This document shows, one piece after another, positions 1-10,026 of a DNA stretch of 64,000 nucleotides. Within the stretch, counting starts at the first letter, position 1, and every line of letters begins with the position of its first letter. The notes beneath the pieces were generated by a model. The model made no database searches. It was not told the origin of the DNA and saw only the letters and a list, made by a program, of their open reading frames with translations. Source of the DNA: Octopus bimaculoides (Eukaryota). Where the stretch lies: assembly GCF_001194135.2 (NCBI RefSeq), contig NC_068995.1:51224552-51288551 (forward strand). Reading direction: 5' to 3'. Both the position numbers and the translations under genes were made by a program.

Positions 1-122
1 TATATATACATATAGTAACGTGTGCATGTACACATACACACACACACACACACACACGCACATGATTGAGTCTGAGTAATGCCCTTAATAGAAATAAAGC
101 TTTAAGTTTTAACTAAATTCTA

Positions 123-178
<56 letters not shown>

Positions 179-437
179 CAACAACAATAATAGAGTTAAA
201 CATAAAAAAAAGGGATGGTGCGGGGTGCAAAGTGTATGGATTGAACTCCAGGACTGAAGTAGATTGCTTTCTAAAATGCCTGCTTGTTCATCCGTTTAAT
301 ATTTGTTTATAGAAATAAATTGCCATGTTTGCGTTTGTTTTTTTACTTTTTTATTTTTGGTATATTTTTTGGTGTTCTGTGTTTGTTTGTTTGTTTTCCT
401 TTTTGTCTTGTTTTTGGCATCTTGTTATGTAATGCAG

Positions 438-507
438 CAAGATTTTTGTCAGGGCAGTTTTAGTGGGAACTGATGAGAAGTTTGGTGTGGGTGCACTGAA
501 ATATTTT
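438..507 (+). CDS. Gene 1 internal exon (phase 2 to 0): KIFVRAVLVGTDEKFGVGALKYF
   Basis: Pyrimidine-rich intron ending gtaatgcag|; one open frame; donor TTT|gtactt (alternative in-phase donor GGT|gtgggt at 487). Phase 0 matches the next exon. Confidence 0.5.
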
Positions 508-833
508 GTACTTTAGAAATGCGAGTCTCTCCCTCCCTCTGTCTGTCTGTCAGTCTGGTCTGTCTGTCTGTCTGTCTCTCTGTCTGTCTCTCTGTCTGGT
601 CTGTCTGTCTCTCTCTCTGTCTCTCTCTCTCTCTCACATACACACACATACACTAAACAAATGGTTCATTATGTATAATTATCTACAAATTGAAATCACT
701 AATGACTGGGGTTATGTGTTCAAATCTCACTGAAGCTATTGTAATTTCTTCCCATCCAATCCCCTTTAAGACTTTGTCTCACTCTGGGTGGCTGAATAAA
801 ATAAAACAGGTTCCCTTTATTCCTGTTTTACAG

Positions 834-987
834 CTGAATGAATCGTTAGCAGGAAATTCAGCTGCCAAAACACAATCTCTCTGCAACCATCATGTCTTTT
901 GTACTCCCTTGGGGCAAAACATGCAACTCTGTTTCTTTAAGTTTGGTTCACTGAACAAAATAGATTCCATTCCCATTTCATGTTTTG
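834..987 (+). CDS. Gene 1 internal exon (phase 0 to 1): LNESLAGNSAAKTQSLCNHHVFCTPLGQNMQLCFFKFGSLNKIDSIPISCF
   Basis: Acceptor ttcctgttttacag|, perfect donor G|gtgagt, 154 nt open and non-repetitive (inside the ORF-track entry 690..1091). Confidence 0.8.
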
Positions 988-1281
988 GTGAGTTTATTAT
1001 CAGCCATAGAAAAAAAAGCAAAAAAAAACAACAACAACAAAAAGCGACCCCCCCCCCAAAAAAAACCCCACGGCATCCTTTAAAAAATTAAATATACAAA
1101 TAAATAAAAATAGGTAATTAAAAATTCTTTTAGGAATCTGGATATGTTAAAATTTACCTGAAAGAAGCTCATTCTACTTTTGTAATTAGAAAACAATAAA
1201 TGGAAGGAAAAATTTTCTTTTTTTTTTATTCTTTTTTTCATTTTCATCTTTTTGATAATTATTTCCATCACTTCTCTGCAG

Positions 1282-1312
1282 ATAAGCATGGTTTGGATTT
1301 AATTTTTGCCAA
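1282..1312 (+). CDS. Gene 1 31-nt exon (phase 1 to 2): (D)KHGLDLIFA(K)
   Basis: Acceptor cacttctctgcag|, donor AA|gtgagg; phases join 834-987 and 5511-5571 in frame. Confidence 0.7.
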
Positions 1313-1631
1313 GTGAGGCATTTTCAAACTTAGTCTGTGAGCATGTGTGTGTGTGTATTCATGTAGACCACATATATGCATGTATGTCAACATGTAGGTG
1401 TGCATATGTGTAGCTGTGTGTTTACAGCAACCTACATATAGTCCGAAAAATTGTGTTATTTTCTGAGATATTAAATAACATCTGAAATATTCTAGAATCT
1501 ATCATACTCATGTGTACAACCTTAACCAATTCCAACAGCTTGCAGGGAATTTATTTTTAAAAAGTTGTTTCATTTTATTTGTTATGTATGTGTAAGCCTC
1601 TGTGTGTGTGTGTGTGTTTATGACAGGTGTT

Positions 1632-2013
1632 GTTGTGTGGTGAGAAGTTTACTTATGGATTACACGGTTTTGGGTTCTGTCCCACTGCATGGCACCTTGG
1701 CCAAGTGTCTCCTATTATAATCCCAGGACAACCAAAACCTTGTGAGTGGATTTGGTAGACAGAAACTAAAAGATGCTCAATGTGTGTATATATATGTTTG
1801 TGTGTGTGTGTGTGGGTTTCTCTGTGTCCCCCCACCCTTGATAACCAATATTGGTTTATTTACATCTCTGTAACTTAGTGGTTCAGCAAAAGAGACTGAT
1901 GGGATGAGTACCAGGCTTGAAAATAAGTTTCAGGTTCAATTTGTTTGACTAAACCTAAACTCTTCCAGGCAGTGCTCCAGCATGGCCACAGTCCAATGAC
2001 TGAAATAAATAAA
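1632..2013 (+). mobile_element. tRNA-headed SINE, family A (decayed)
   Basis: B-box-like gggttctgtcccact, then ggcaccttggccaagtgtct, internal TG tract and tail gtgctccagcatggccacagtccaatgactgaaa; the same layout recurs more than 10 times in the window. Confidence 0.8.
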
Positions 2014-2058
2014 ACTTATAAAGGTCAAGTGAATTTAATTCTTGGACAGAATCACTTA

Positions 2059-2449
2059 GGTTTATCTCTATAGATTTTCTATAGAGTTCAGAGCCAACCC
2101 TAAAAGTTACAACATTCTGTATACGAATATGCCTATGTAAACAATGCAATTGAAGATATAAAAAATATTTACATATCAGTTGCCAGGAGTGTGTTTAATA
2201 TGTAAATTAGTCTAACCAATAGTGTTACACTACTGAACTTAGTGAGTATTTAAGCTATACGTCTGTGGATAGTTGATGAGTTGGATGTGGTACTAATGAA
2301 AGAGCAATAAGTCTTGAAATATGTTTCTACACTTGTTACATATCTTTTTGATCTTCGATTGCATTGTTTACATAGACGTATTTGTATATGAAATGTCATG
2401 ACCTACAGTGCTGGCTCTGAACTCTGTAGAAAATCTGTACAGATAAACT
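2059..2449. mobile_element. MITE with about 97-bp terminal inverted repeats and TTA target-site duplication (PIF/Harbinger-like)
   Basis: 2059-2157 is the degenerate reverse complement of 2351-2449; TTA flanks both ends (2056-2058, 2450-2452). Confidence 0.65.
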
Positions 2450-3614
2450 TTAAAATGAGAACATCACACTGCTAACACAAAAAGTGAGACACAGTATTGA
2501 CTTGTAAATTTTTAACATACTTGGTAGTATATTATGGCTGCAAAACAAAATCCTGTGTCCTAGCTAGCAAATAAGAATCACTTAAATCCTGTTATTTAAT
2601 AACCTTTAGAAAAATATACAGGATTGCCGCAACTATTCTTTCTTCTGTTTCTTTTATAGAACTGATATTTTTATTACATCACATAAATAGGTTGTATTTT
2701 TTGTTTTCTTTTGTTGTTATTGTAATTGGAACTGGAGACCAAATGAAATATTTTGCCCTAACCCCACCCAAGACATTCAATGTAACAGATGTTGTTCGGG
2801 TATTGTTGTTGTTGTTGAAGCTTTCCTAGGGAGTCAGTTTGCGAGACATTCAATTGAAATGTTGCTCTTGTTTTTGTTGTTGCTGTACAAGTAGCCCCAG
2901 GAGGATAAAAAAAAAATCACAGCTTACGTGGCTGCATATGAAAATATTGTGGCCAAACAACCCTGACACACCCATGTGACTGTTGTTTGTTGTTGTTGTT
3001 GTTGTCTGCAAGGGAGTTTCTATACTGTCATATGATCTGTTAGAAATAACAAGCCAATTTGCCCTTGAATCCTACCCTCTGCCTTAATAAACAGATAAGG
3101 TCATGTCAGATAATGTAAGCAGTAGTCTTAGATATAAAAAAAAATGATCATGGTTGGACTGGAGCCCTTGACCATCAACAATGGCCACCCTACATGAAGT
3201 GGCCATCACCACCACTACCACCACCATCGTCAGCATCATCATGATTGTTCTTAAGTCCAACACATGCAGATTCAGCTGTGTGATTTAGAAGCTTGCTTCC
3301 CAATCATGTGGTCTCGGGTTCGGTTCCACTGTGTCACATGCTGGACAAATGTCTTCTGCTATAGCTCCAGGCCAGCCAAAGCCTCGTAAGCAAATTTGGT
3401 AGATGGAAACTGTATGGAAGCCTATCATATATATATATATATATAAATAGAACAAAAACGCAATAGAGGACATTAAAATGTTTGGCCAGATAGACGATAC
3501 AAAGGCGGTCAAGAGAAACAACAATTAGAAGGACAGACTAAAAAAAGACAGGTCATTCGTGGCTTTCTTTCATCAGTCAAGTTCCAGAAGTCACTACCAT
3601 TTTGGGCAGTTACA

Positions 3615-3648
<34 letters not shown>

Positions 3649-3654
3649 TATTAT

Positions 3655-3910
3655 TTATGCGCCCTTTTCAAGCCTAGCCAGGCTCATGGGCCTGGTTTCC
3701 CGGTTTCTATGGCGTATGTGTTCCCCCCAGCTGGACGGGACGCCAGTCCATCGCAGCATTACTCAAGAAACAGGAAGAAAGAGTGAGAGAAAGTTGGGGC
3801 GAAAGAGTACAACAGGAGTCACCACCACCCACTGCCGGTGCCTCGTGGAGCTTTAGGTGTTTTCGCTCAATAAACACACACAACGCCTGGTCTGGAAATC
3901 GAAACCAAGC
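3655..3910 (-). mobile_element. SINE with V-domain-like central segment
   Basis: The minus strand reads ctgcgatggactggcgtcccgtccagc, resembling the conserved V-SINE core; a B-box-like ggtttcgatttcc lies toward the 5' end. Confidence 0.55.
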
Positions 3911-4318
3911 ATGTGGTAAATGGATGTTAGGATGATGATGGTGATGACGACATGACAGCCACCACCAGCAACAACAACAACACTGATTGCTCTTCACTAT
4001 TTTCATACACCCTTGCTGGATGGTTGAGTTGTGTCTTACGCATGGGATGGGCCCTGCTTCAATCTGGCACCAGCAGGGTGGCGGGCTGTGTTGTTGTTTT
4101 TGTTGTATGACATGGCATGACTAAGCAGGATTAACTTTTCTGAATCTGTTTCTGTCTTTCAGTCTCAGAGGAAGAAAATAACAAAGTCCTTTGTGCTTTG
4201 ATTTGAGTTTTGCTGATAATCCAAAGTGTGTGCGTCTGTTTCTGTGTGTGTGTGTGTGTGTGTGCGTGTGACCACCCATGTAGATGGTTGCATAAGTACG
4301 TTTGTATAATCTTGGCTG

Positions 4319-4354
<36 letters not shown>

Positions 4355-4497
4355 CGCGTATAAAATATTCAATCATTGTATGTGCATATGTTGAAGTGTG
4401 TACTATTATACACACACGTGTGTAATTATGTAAGTTGTTCCATGATGGAGTTTCTTGTTCGTGTGTGTGTGTATATATATATTTAACCCCCCCCCCC

Positions 4498-4528
<31 letters not shown>

Positions 4529-5510
4529 TATAGACTGAGGCTCAGTGCAGCTCTCTGGCTTACCAACTCCAGTCAAATCGTCTTCCTTTCCCTCAGTACG
4601 TTTGCATGTGTTTGTATGATCCTTATGCATATTTCGTGTGTGAGTGTATATTCTCTTTTTGCAGTTTATATTTGGTGTATACATATTCATCACTTGTGGA
4701 TAGGTCTGTTATCTCTTATCTCTCTCTCTCTCTCTCTCATGTTCTTTTGTCCCATATCTTTCTTCCTATGTTTTTCTCTTTCTCCATTTCCTACATCTAG
4801 TGCCTTTCATCTCTCTCTCTCTCTATCTCTCTCCCCCCCTCTCTCTCCTCCACTTCACCAATGAATCACCTTATGGTGTGGGTTCACTTTGATGGTAGTG
4901 TAGCAGTTGATGTGTGTCAGGGGAAAGGATGATTGATGTGTACTATTGTTTTCTTGTTATTGATCTTCCTTCCAGCTTCCATCCACCCACTATGTGCCCC
5001 ACCCACTCATACTACAACACATTGCACCACCACCACCACCACCACCACCACCATCATCATGTTTGGTCTGTCAATGTCAGCTCGCCAACTAAAACATCTC
5101 TGAGACCCTTACACACTTCTCCACACCTTCACAAATACTCTTTCTTCATACAACCACCTCCACCGCCACCACCACCACCACCACCACCTGTTTCAGGTTC
5201 ACGTGTCACTTCTTTCTAATAGTGCTCTGTGCCACCATCTTAAACACTTGCACTACCACCATTAACCACTAACACTCCCACCACCATCACTACTACCATT
5301 ATATCTCACACTACCATCACACTCTCACCCCACCACCACCAACAGCAACAACAACAACACTGCTGTCTCTTTTAATCTTCACACCACCATCAACACCACT
5401 ATCTCTCTAAATATTCGCACAGCATCACCATCACCACTACTATCTCTTAGAACACTACCACTCCCTTAAACACTTACCACCACCACCACCACCACCACCA
5501 TCTTTTGTAG

Positions 5511-5571
5511 ACCTGAAGACTCCTTTCAGTTGAAGAAAAGAGCAGAATCACTTCTATATGAAGAAATCCTT
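5511..5571 (+). CDS. Gene 1 exon (phase 2 to 0): PEDSFQLKKRAESLLYEEIL
   Basis: Acceptor tcttttgtag|, donor |gtatgt; only one open frame, in phase with the 1282-1312 exon. Confidence 0.7.
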
Positions 5572-5993
5572 GTATGTTACCTTGTAATGTAATCCCAAAA
5601 TAAAAAGAAATAAAAAACCAGTTGGAATATGGCTGCATATGTGATTGATCCTCTGTGTGCATGTGTGGTTGTGCTTATACGTATGTGGGTCAAAAGAATC
5701 GGGACATTCTCTGGTCGTTTCATTACTACTTGGGACCTCTGAATGAAGCAATGTGGATAATGTGGTCCAACATGACCGTAAAATAACTGGATCATCACAG
5801 TCGGCATGTCTTTGACCTGAGGTCAGTTTGTTTGGAGTTGATCGACTAAACAGCAACAATAAAGTTGGCAATCTGTGTATCCTACTTAATGCAAATACAT
5901 CATGGAAAGGCAAATTAACTGTGGTATCTGTCCTGAGATACTATCTCTTATAGATGTAGGGTATTAGATAACATGAAAATATATCAGTAACAG

Positions 5994-6024
5994 ATGAAAA
6001 TCATACAGCTGCTACCATTTGCAG
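5994..6024 (+). CDS. Gene 1 candidate exon, acceptor ambiguous (5954 or 5994): (D)ENHTAATIC(S)
   Basis: Strong donor CAG|gtgagg; ends in phase 2, matching 8366. The 5' boundary is unresolved (see findings). Confidence 0.4.
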
Positions 6025-6187
6025 GTGAGGTGTGAACTAAAAGACTCATGTGACTAAAACTGAAGCTAGACATTCATGCCGCATTGCCCAGTCAGGACAT
6101 CCGGTGAGGAAGAGTTGCACTGGTCGAGACAAGAAGTTGCCCACAGCCATGCCTGAACCTGTTATGTATGTACATATATATATATAT

Positions 6188-6353
6188 CATCATCATCATC
6201 ATCATCATCGTTTAACGTCCGCTTTCCATGCTAGCATGGGTTGGACGATTTGACTGAGGACTGGTGAAACCGGATGGCAACACCAGGCTCCAATCTAATT
6301 TGGCAGAGTTTCTACAGCTGGATGCCCTTCCTAACGCCAACCACTCAGAGAGT
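6188..6353 (-). mobile_element. RTE-LINE 3' end / RTE-tailed short element
   Basis: Reverse complement of ...catggaaagcggacgttaaacg(atg)n; the same tail ends the RTE fragment at 29170-29977. Confidence 0.85.
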
Positions 6354-6595
6354 TTAAGTCTGGTTGTAGAGTGACCAATGGTTTCGCATCCATGAAAGCC
6401 ACAGCTTTGTGGACAGCTCATCAAACGCTTTACAAATACAAATTTAACTCTTCATCTTTCAAAGATGGAAAGTTGTTATAGTCAATTGGTCAAAGGGTCA
6501 TCAGAGGGTAAAAGTACTGGCATTGGTGAATGCTTTAATACTTTATTGCTCTATAATTTAGAGTGCTTCTTATTCAGATACATGATACATTGACA

Positions 6596-6670
<75 letters not shown>

Positions 6671-6672
<2 letters not shown>

Positions 6673-6840
6673 TCTCGGAGTGGTTGGCGTTAGGAAGGGC
6701 ATCCAGCTGTAGAAACTCTGCCAAATTAGATTGGAGCCTGGTGTAGCCATCCGGTTGCACCAGTCCTCAGTCAAATCGTCCAACCCATGCTAGCATGGAA
6801 AGCGGACGTTAAACGATGATGATGATGATGATGATGATGA
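6671..6840 (+). mobile_element. RTE-LINE 3' end / RTE-tailed short element
   Basis: actctcggagtggttggcgttaggaagggc...ggacgttaaacg(atg)n; inverted near-copy of 6188-6353. Confidence 0.85.
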
Positions 6841-7997
6841 TACACATATACACACACACACATATATCACATGATCATTTGATCGACCAGACTATCAGAT
6901 GTTGTTATACATTGCTGGTCACAATGCGTTTTGCATCCTTTTAGCTTTCAAATGGTGCCACCCTGCTAACATTAGAGATTGGTGCACTCCTTGGCCCCCT
7001 CATACCTTGTCATACCATCCCAATACATGCCAGCATAAAATATGGATGTTAAATATCGATGCCGACAATGACATTTTTATTTCTTGTTTCATTATTCATA
7101 ATTACATTTTCACAGTAAATGTAATTACATTTTTCAGATTTGTACTAAAATTCTTTGTTTTTTTTTTTAATGCAATCATATTAGATTACAGTTAATTCGA
7201 TCCAGCCTTCAAATATTAAAATGTTCCTGCTCCCACATTATTGTATTCCTGCAGAAGTTGATGGTTGCTGAGCTCTGATTTCAATGACTGACAAAAAATT
7301 TATCCATCTTCCAATGGCATCACAAGAATTTCTGATATGCTTCCATGGCACAATCATCATAATAATGAACGACAGTCTGAATTAAGAATCAAAAGCATCT
7401 TTGTAATTAAACCATCCAATAGGGTCGTTACTTTAGCATTGTTTTACCTTCTGTATTTTTTGCCATTCATCATCAGCAGTAGCAGCATCATCATTTAACG
7501 TTTGTGTCCCATGTTGGCATGGGTTGGATGGTTTGACAGGAGCTGGCAATCCAGAGGACTTTACTGAACTCCACTGTCTGCTTTGGCCCGGTTTTTATGG
7601 CTGGATGCCCTTCCCGATGCCAACCAGTCTACAAAGTGGACTCAGTGCTTTCATATATTCTTTTATTCTTTTATTTGTTTCAGTCATTTGACTGGACATG
7701 CTGGAGCACTGCCTTCAGTCAAATAAATCGACCCCCCCCCCCGGACTTAATTGTTGTAAGCCTAATACTTAGTCTATTGGCCTCTTTTGCTGAACCACTA
7801 AGTTATGGGGACACCAACTTCGGTTGTCCAGCAATGATGGGGTGACAAACACAGACACACAAATGTATACACACACATATACACACGACGGGCTTCTTTC
7901 AGCTTCCATCTACCAAATCTGCAATCTCCTCACAAGGCTTTGGTCAGCCCAAAACTATAGTAGTATTGAACTCTTGTTCTATTCAGCACGACCTTAA

Positions 7998-8193
7998 CCC
8001 TTTAGTATTTAAGCTGGCTTTATCCAGCTCATACTGGACTGATCTGACCTCTCACACCTACCCTACAATGTCATTCGGCAAACAAGCAATCATGTCGATG
8101 AAATCTTGACGCTTTGAGATAATGCAGGATTATTTCAAAACAACGTGAATAAACAAGCATCACATTTGACAGAATAATCGGAACATCAAAGGG
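7998..8193. mobile_element. piggyBac-type MITE (TTAA target site)
   Basis: ttaa|cccttt...aaaggg|ttaa. Related copies at about 22620-22790, 60615-60720 and 62322-62550. Confidence 0.7.
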
Positions 8194-8365
8194 TTAAATT
8201 GTTAACTGCATCTTCTCAGCCACTGCCTTTCGTGTTTCTTTCCTTTTATGTTTTTGGTTATTTTCTTTTGTTTCTTTTGCTGTTATTTTTCTTCTTCCAT
8301 TAATCGGTCATTAACATCATTTCTTATCATCTGCAACACGGCTCTTCTTTCTTATATGTTTACAG

Positions 8366-8451
8366 CGCGGAAACCAATCCAGACAGTGAATGTGCAGACA
8401 GATGCAGTGATTGCAGTTCGGAATGTAGTGATAATGCCACACAAGTATCTG
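8366..8451 (+). CDS. Gene 1 exon (phase 2 to 1): AETNPDSECADRCSDCSSECSDNATQVS
   Basis: Acceptor tcttatatgtttacag|, donor G|gtaata; this frame joins in phase to 9712. Confidence 0.7.
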
Positions 8452-8924
8452 GTAATAGAATTTTAAAATCATTCGTTTTTTTTCTGTAATGTAATACAAC
8501 CATCAAAGAATTCTTTGATCTGAATTCTAGACTTAGTTGTCTTGTTTTAACTGTGGTTGGGTTGAGTTGTTCTGCTAATTTAGAGATTCGCAGACAGTTA
8601 TTTAAGTCATGGGTTTAATGCTGGAAACAGTCCCCACCTCCTCTTCTTTTGAATCACTTCAGACATGAAGTAGAAAACATTGTTTAAGAATTTGTTTCTC
8701 ATACCATTTTTAGTTACACTTGATTCCATGGGAAGACAAGTAGTAGTAGTAGTAGTAGTTGTTTGTTTATTTTACTTTTTCTCAAGTGGCCTACCAAGGA
8801 AATTATGGACATGTCCTAAGATGGATGTTTTAATCAAGATATGATCCACCATTTTAACAACGTCAGACAAAAAGAAAGGAATACGAAATGCCTTGCAGCA
8901 TTCTTTTTTTCTTTCTTTTTTTTT

Positions 8925-9322
8925 TAACTTCTTTCAGTCATTTGACTGTGGCCATGCTGGAGCACTGCCTTTAGTCAAACAAATCAATCCCAGGACTTAT
9001 TCTTTGTAAGCCGAGTACTCATTCTATCTGTCTTTTTTGCTGAACCACTAAGTTGCAGGGACGTAAACACACGAGCATCAGTTGTCAAGTGGTGTTGGCG
9101 GGGACAAACACAGACACACAAACGTATACATACACACACACATAGATATATACATATATACGACGGGCTTCTTTCAGTTTCCGTCTACCAAATCCACTCA
9201 CAAGGCTTTGGTCGGCCCGAGGCTATAGTAGAAGACACTTGCCCAAGGTGCCACGCAGTGAGACTGAACCTGGAACCATGTGGTTTGTAAGCAAGCTACT
9301 TACCACACAGCCACTCCTACGC
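8925..9322 (-). mobile_element. tRNA-headed SINE, family A, near full length
   Basis: The minus strand starts ggcgtaggagtggctgtgtggtaagtagcttgcttac...ggttccaggttcagtctcact (A/B boxes) and ends with the family tail. A partial copy lies at 7661-7950. Confidence 0.85.
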
Positions 9323-9711
9323 CTATATGTTTATGTTCTGAGTTCAAATCTTGCTGAGGGCAACTTTACATTTTATTGTTCTGGGTTCAATAAAATAAAG
9401 TACAAGTATAGTGCAATGAATTCGTGGAATTGTCAGAAAATGAGACAAAATAACTTGTGGTATTTGTTCCAGCTCTTTACATTCTGTAAATGGTGTCAAT
9501 GTATAAATCGAAGAATGGACAAAGGAACAAGTTGGTCATTTCTGCATATTATTGTTGAGGGATAACTGTCTCCAGAATGTTCTACTACAGGGATATAAGC
9601 TGAGTTGTTAATCTCTTGCTCTCTTTTTCTTTCTCCTTTGCTCTCTCTCTCTCTCTCTCTCTCTCATTTTCTTTAAGTGGAAGTTCTCTTTTTATCTTTC
9701 TCTCTTTCTAG

Positions 9712-9784
9712 GCCATCACATAAAACTAGAACCTGTAGCTACAGAGAAAACTTCCAGTAATTTGTCTGAAGAACAAAGTAATTC

Positions 9785-9816
<32 letters not shown>

Positions 9817-9849
9817 CTGAAGAGGAAGAAGAAAAAAGCTTCCAGAAAG
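9712..9849 (+). CDS. Gene 1 acidic exon (phase 1 to 1): (G)HHIKLEPVATEKTSSNLSEEQSNS-D10-SEEEEEKSFQK
   Basis: Long polypyrimidine tract ending tttctag|, donor AAG|gtcata; open acidic frame containing (GAT)10. Confidence 0.75.
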
Positions 9850-9976
9850 GTCATAGTCCTGTAAATCTATCTCTCACTAATTTATCTGTATCTAATTAAT
9901 ATTAAAATTATTTTATATCAAATATCATTGTGTTTGTTGTTATTGAGTATTCATTTAAAAAAAAATTTTCTATCAG

Positions 9977-10026
9977 AAGATGAAAAGCAGAACCCAAATC
10001 AAAGATTAATTGATGGGAAAAAATAA
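9977..10026 (+). CDS. Gene 1 probable last coding exon: (E)DEKQNPNQRLIDGKK*
   Basis: 127-nt intron, acceptor ttttctatcag|, phase 1 fits; TAA at 10024-10026 overlaps an AATAAA. Confidence 0.6.

Noticed and set aside
438-987. Faint resemblance of the gene 1 peptide to a Ras-like or pseudo-GTPase fold (..AVLVG.. followed later by a strand-helix pattern)
   Set aside because: No GKT/S, DxxG or NKxD motifs; it cannot be supported without a profile search.
5620-5800. Possible GIY-YIG/Penelope remnant (C.C.YTYVGQ..R); similar hints at about 56450-56800 and 63150-63390
   Set aside because: Too degenerate to call by eye; needs an HMM search.
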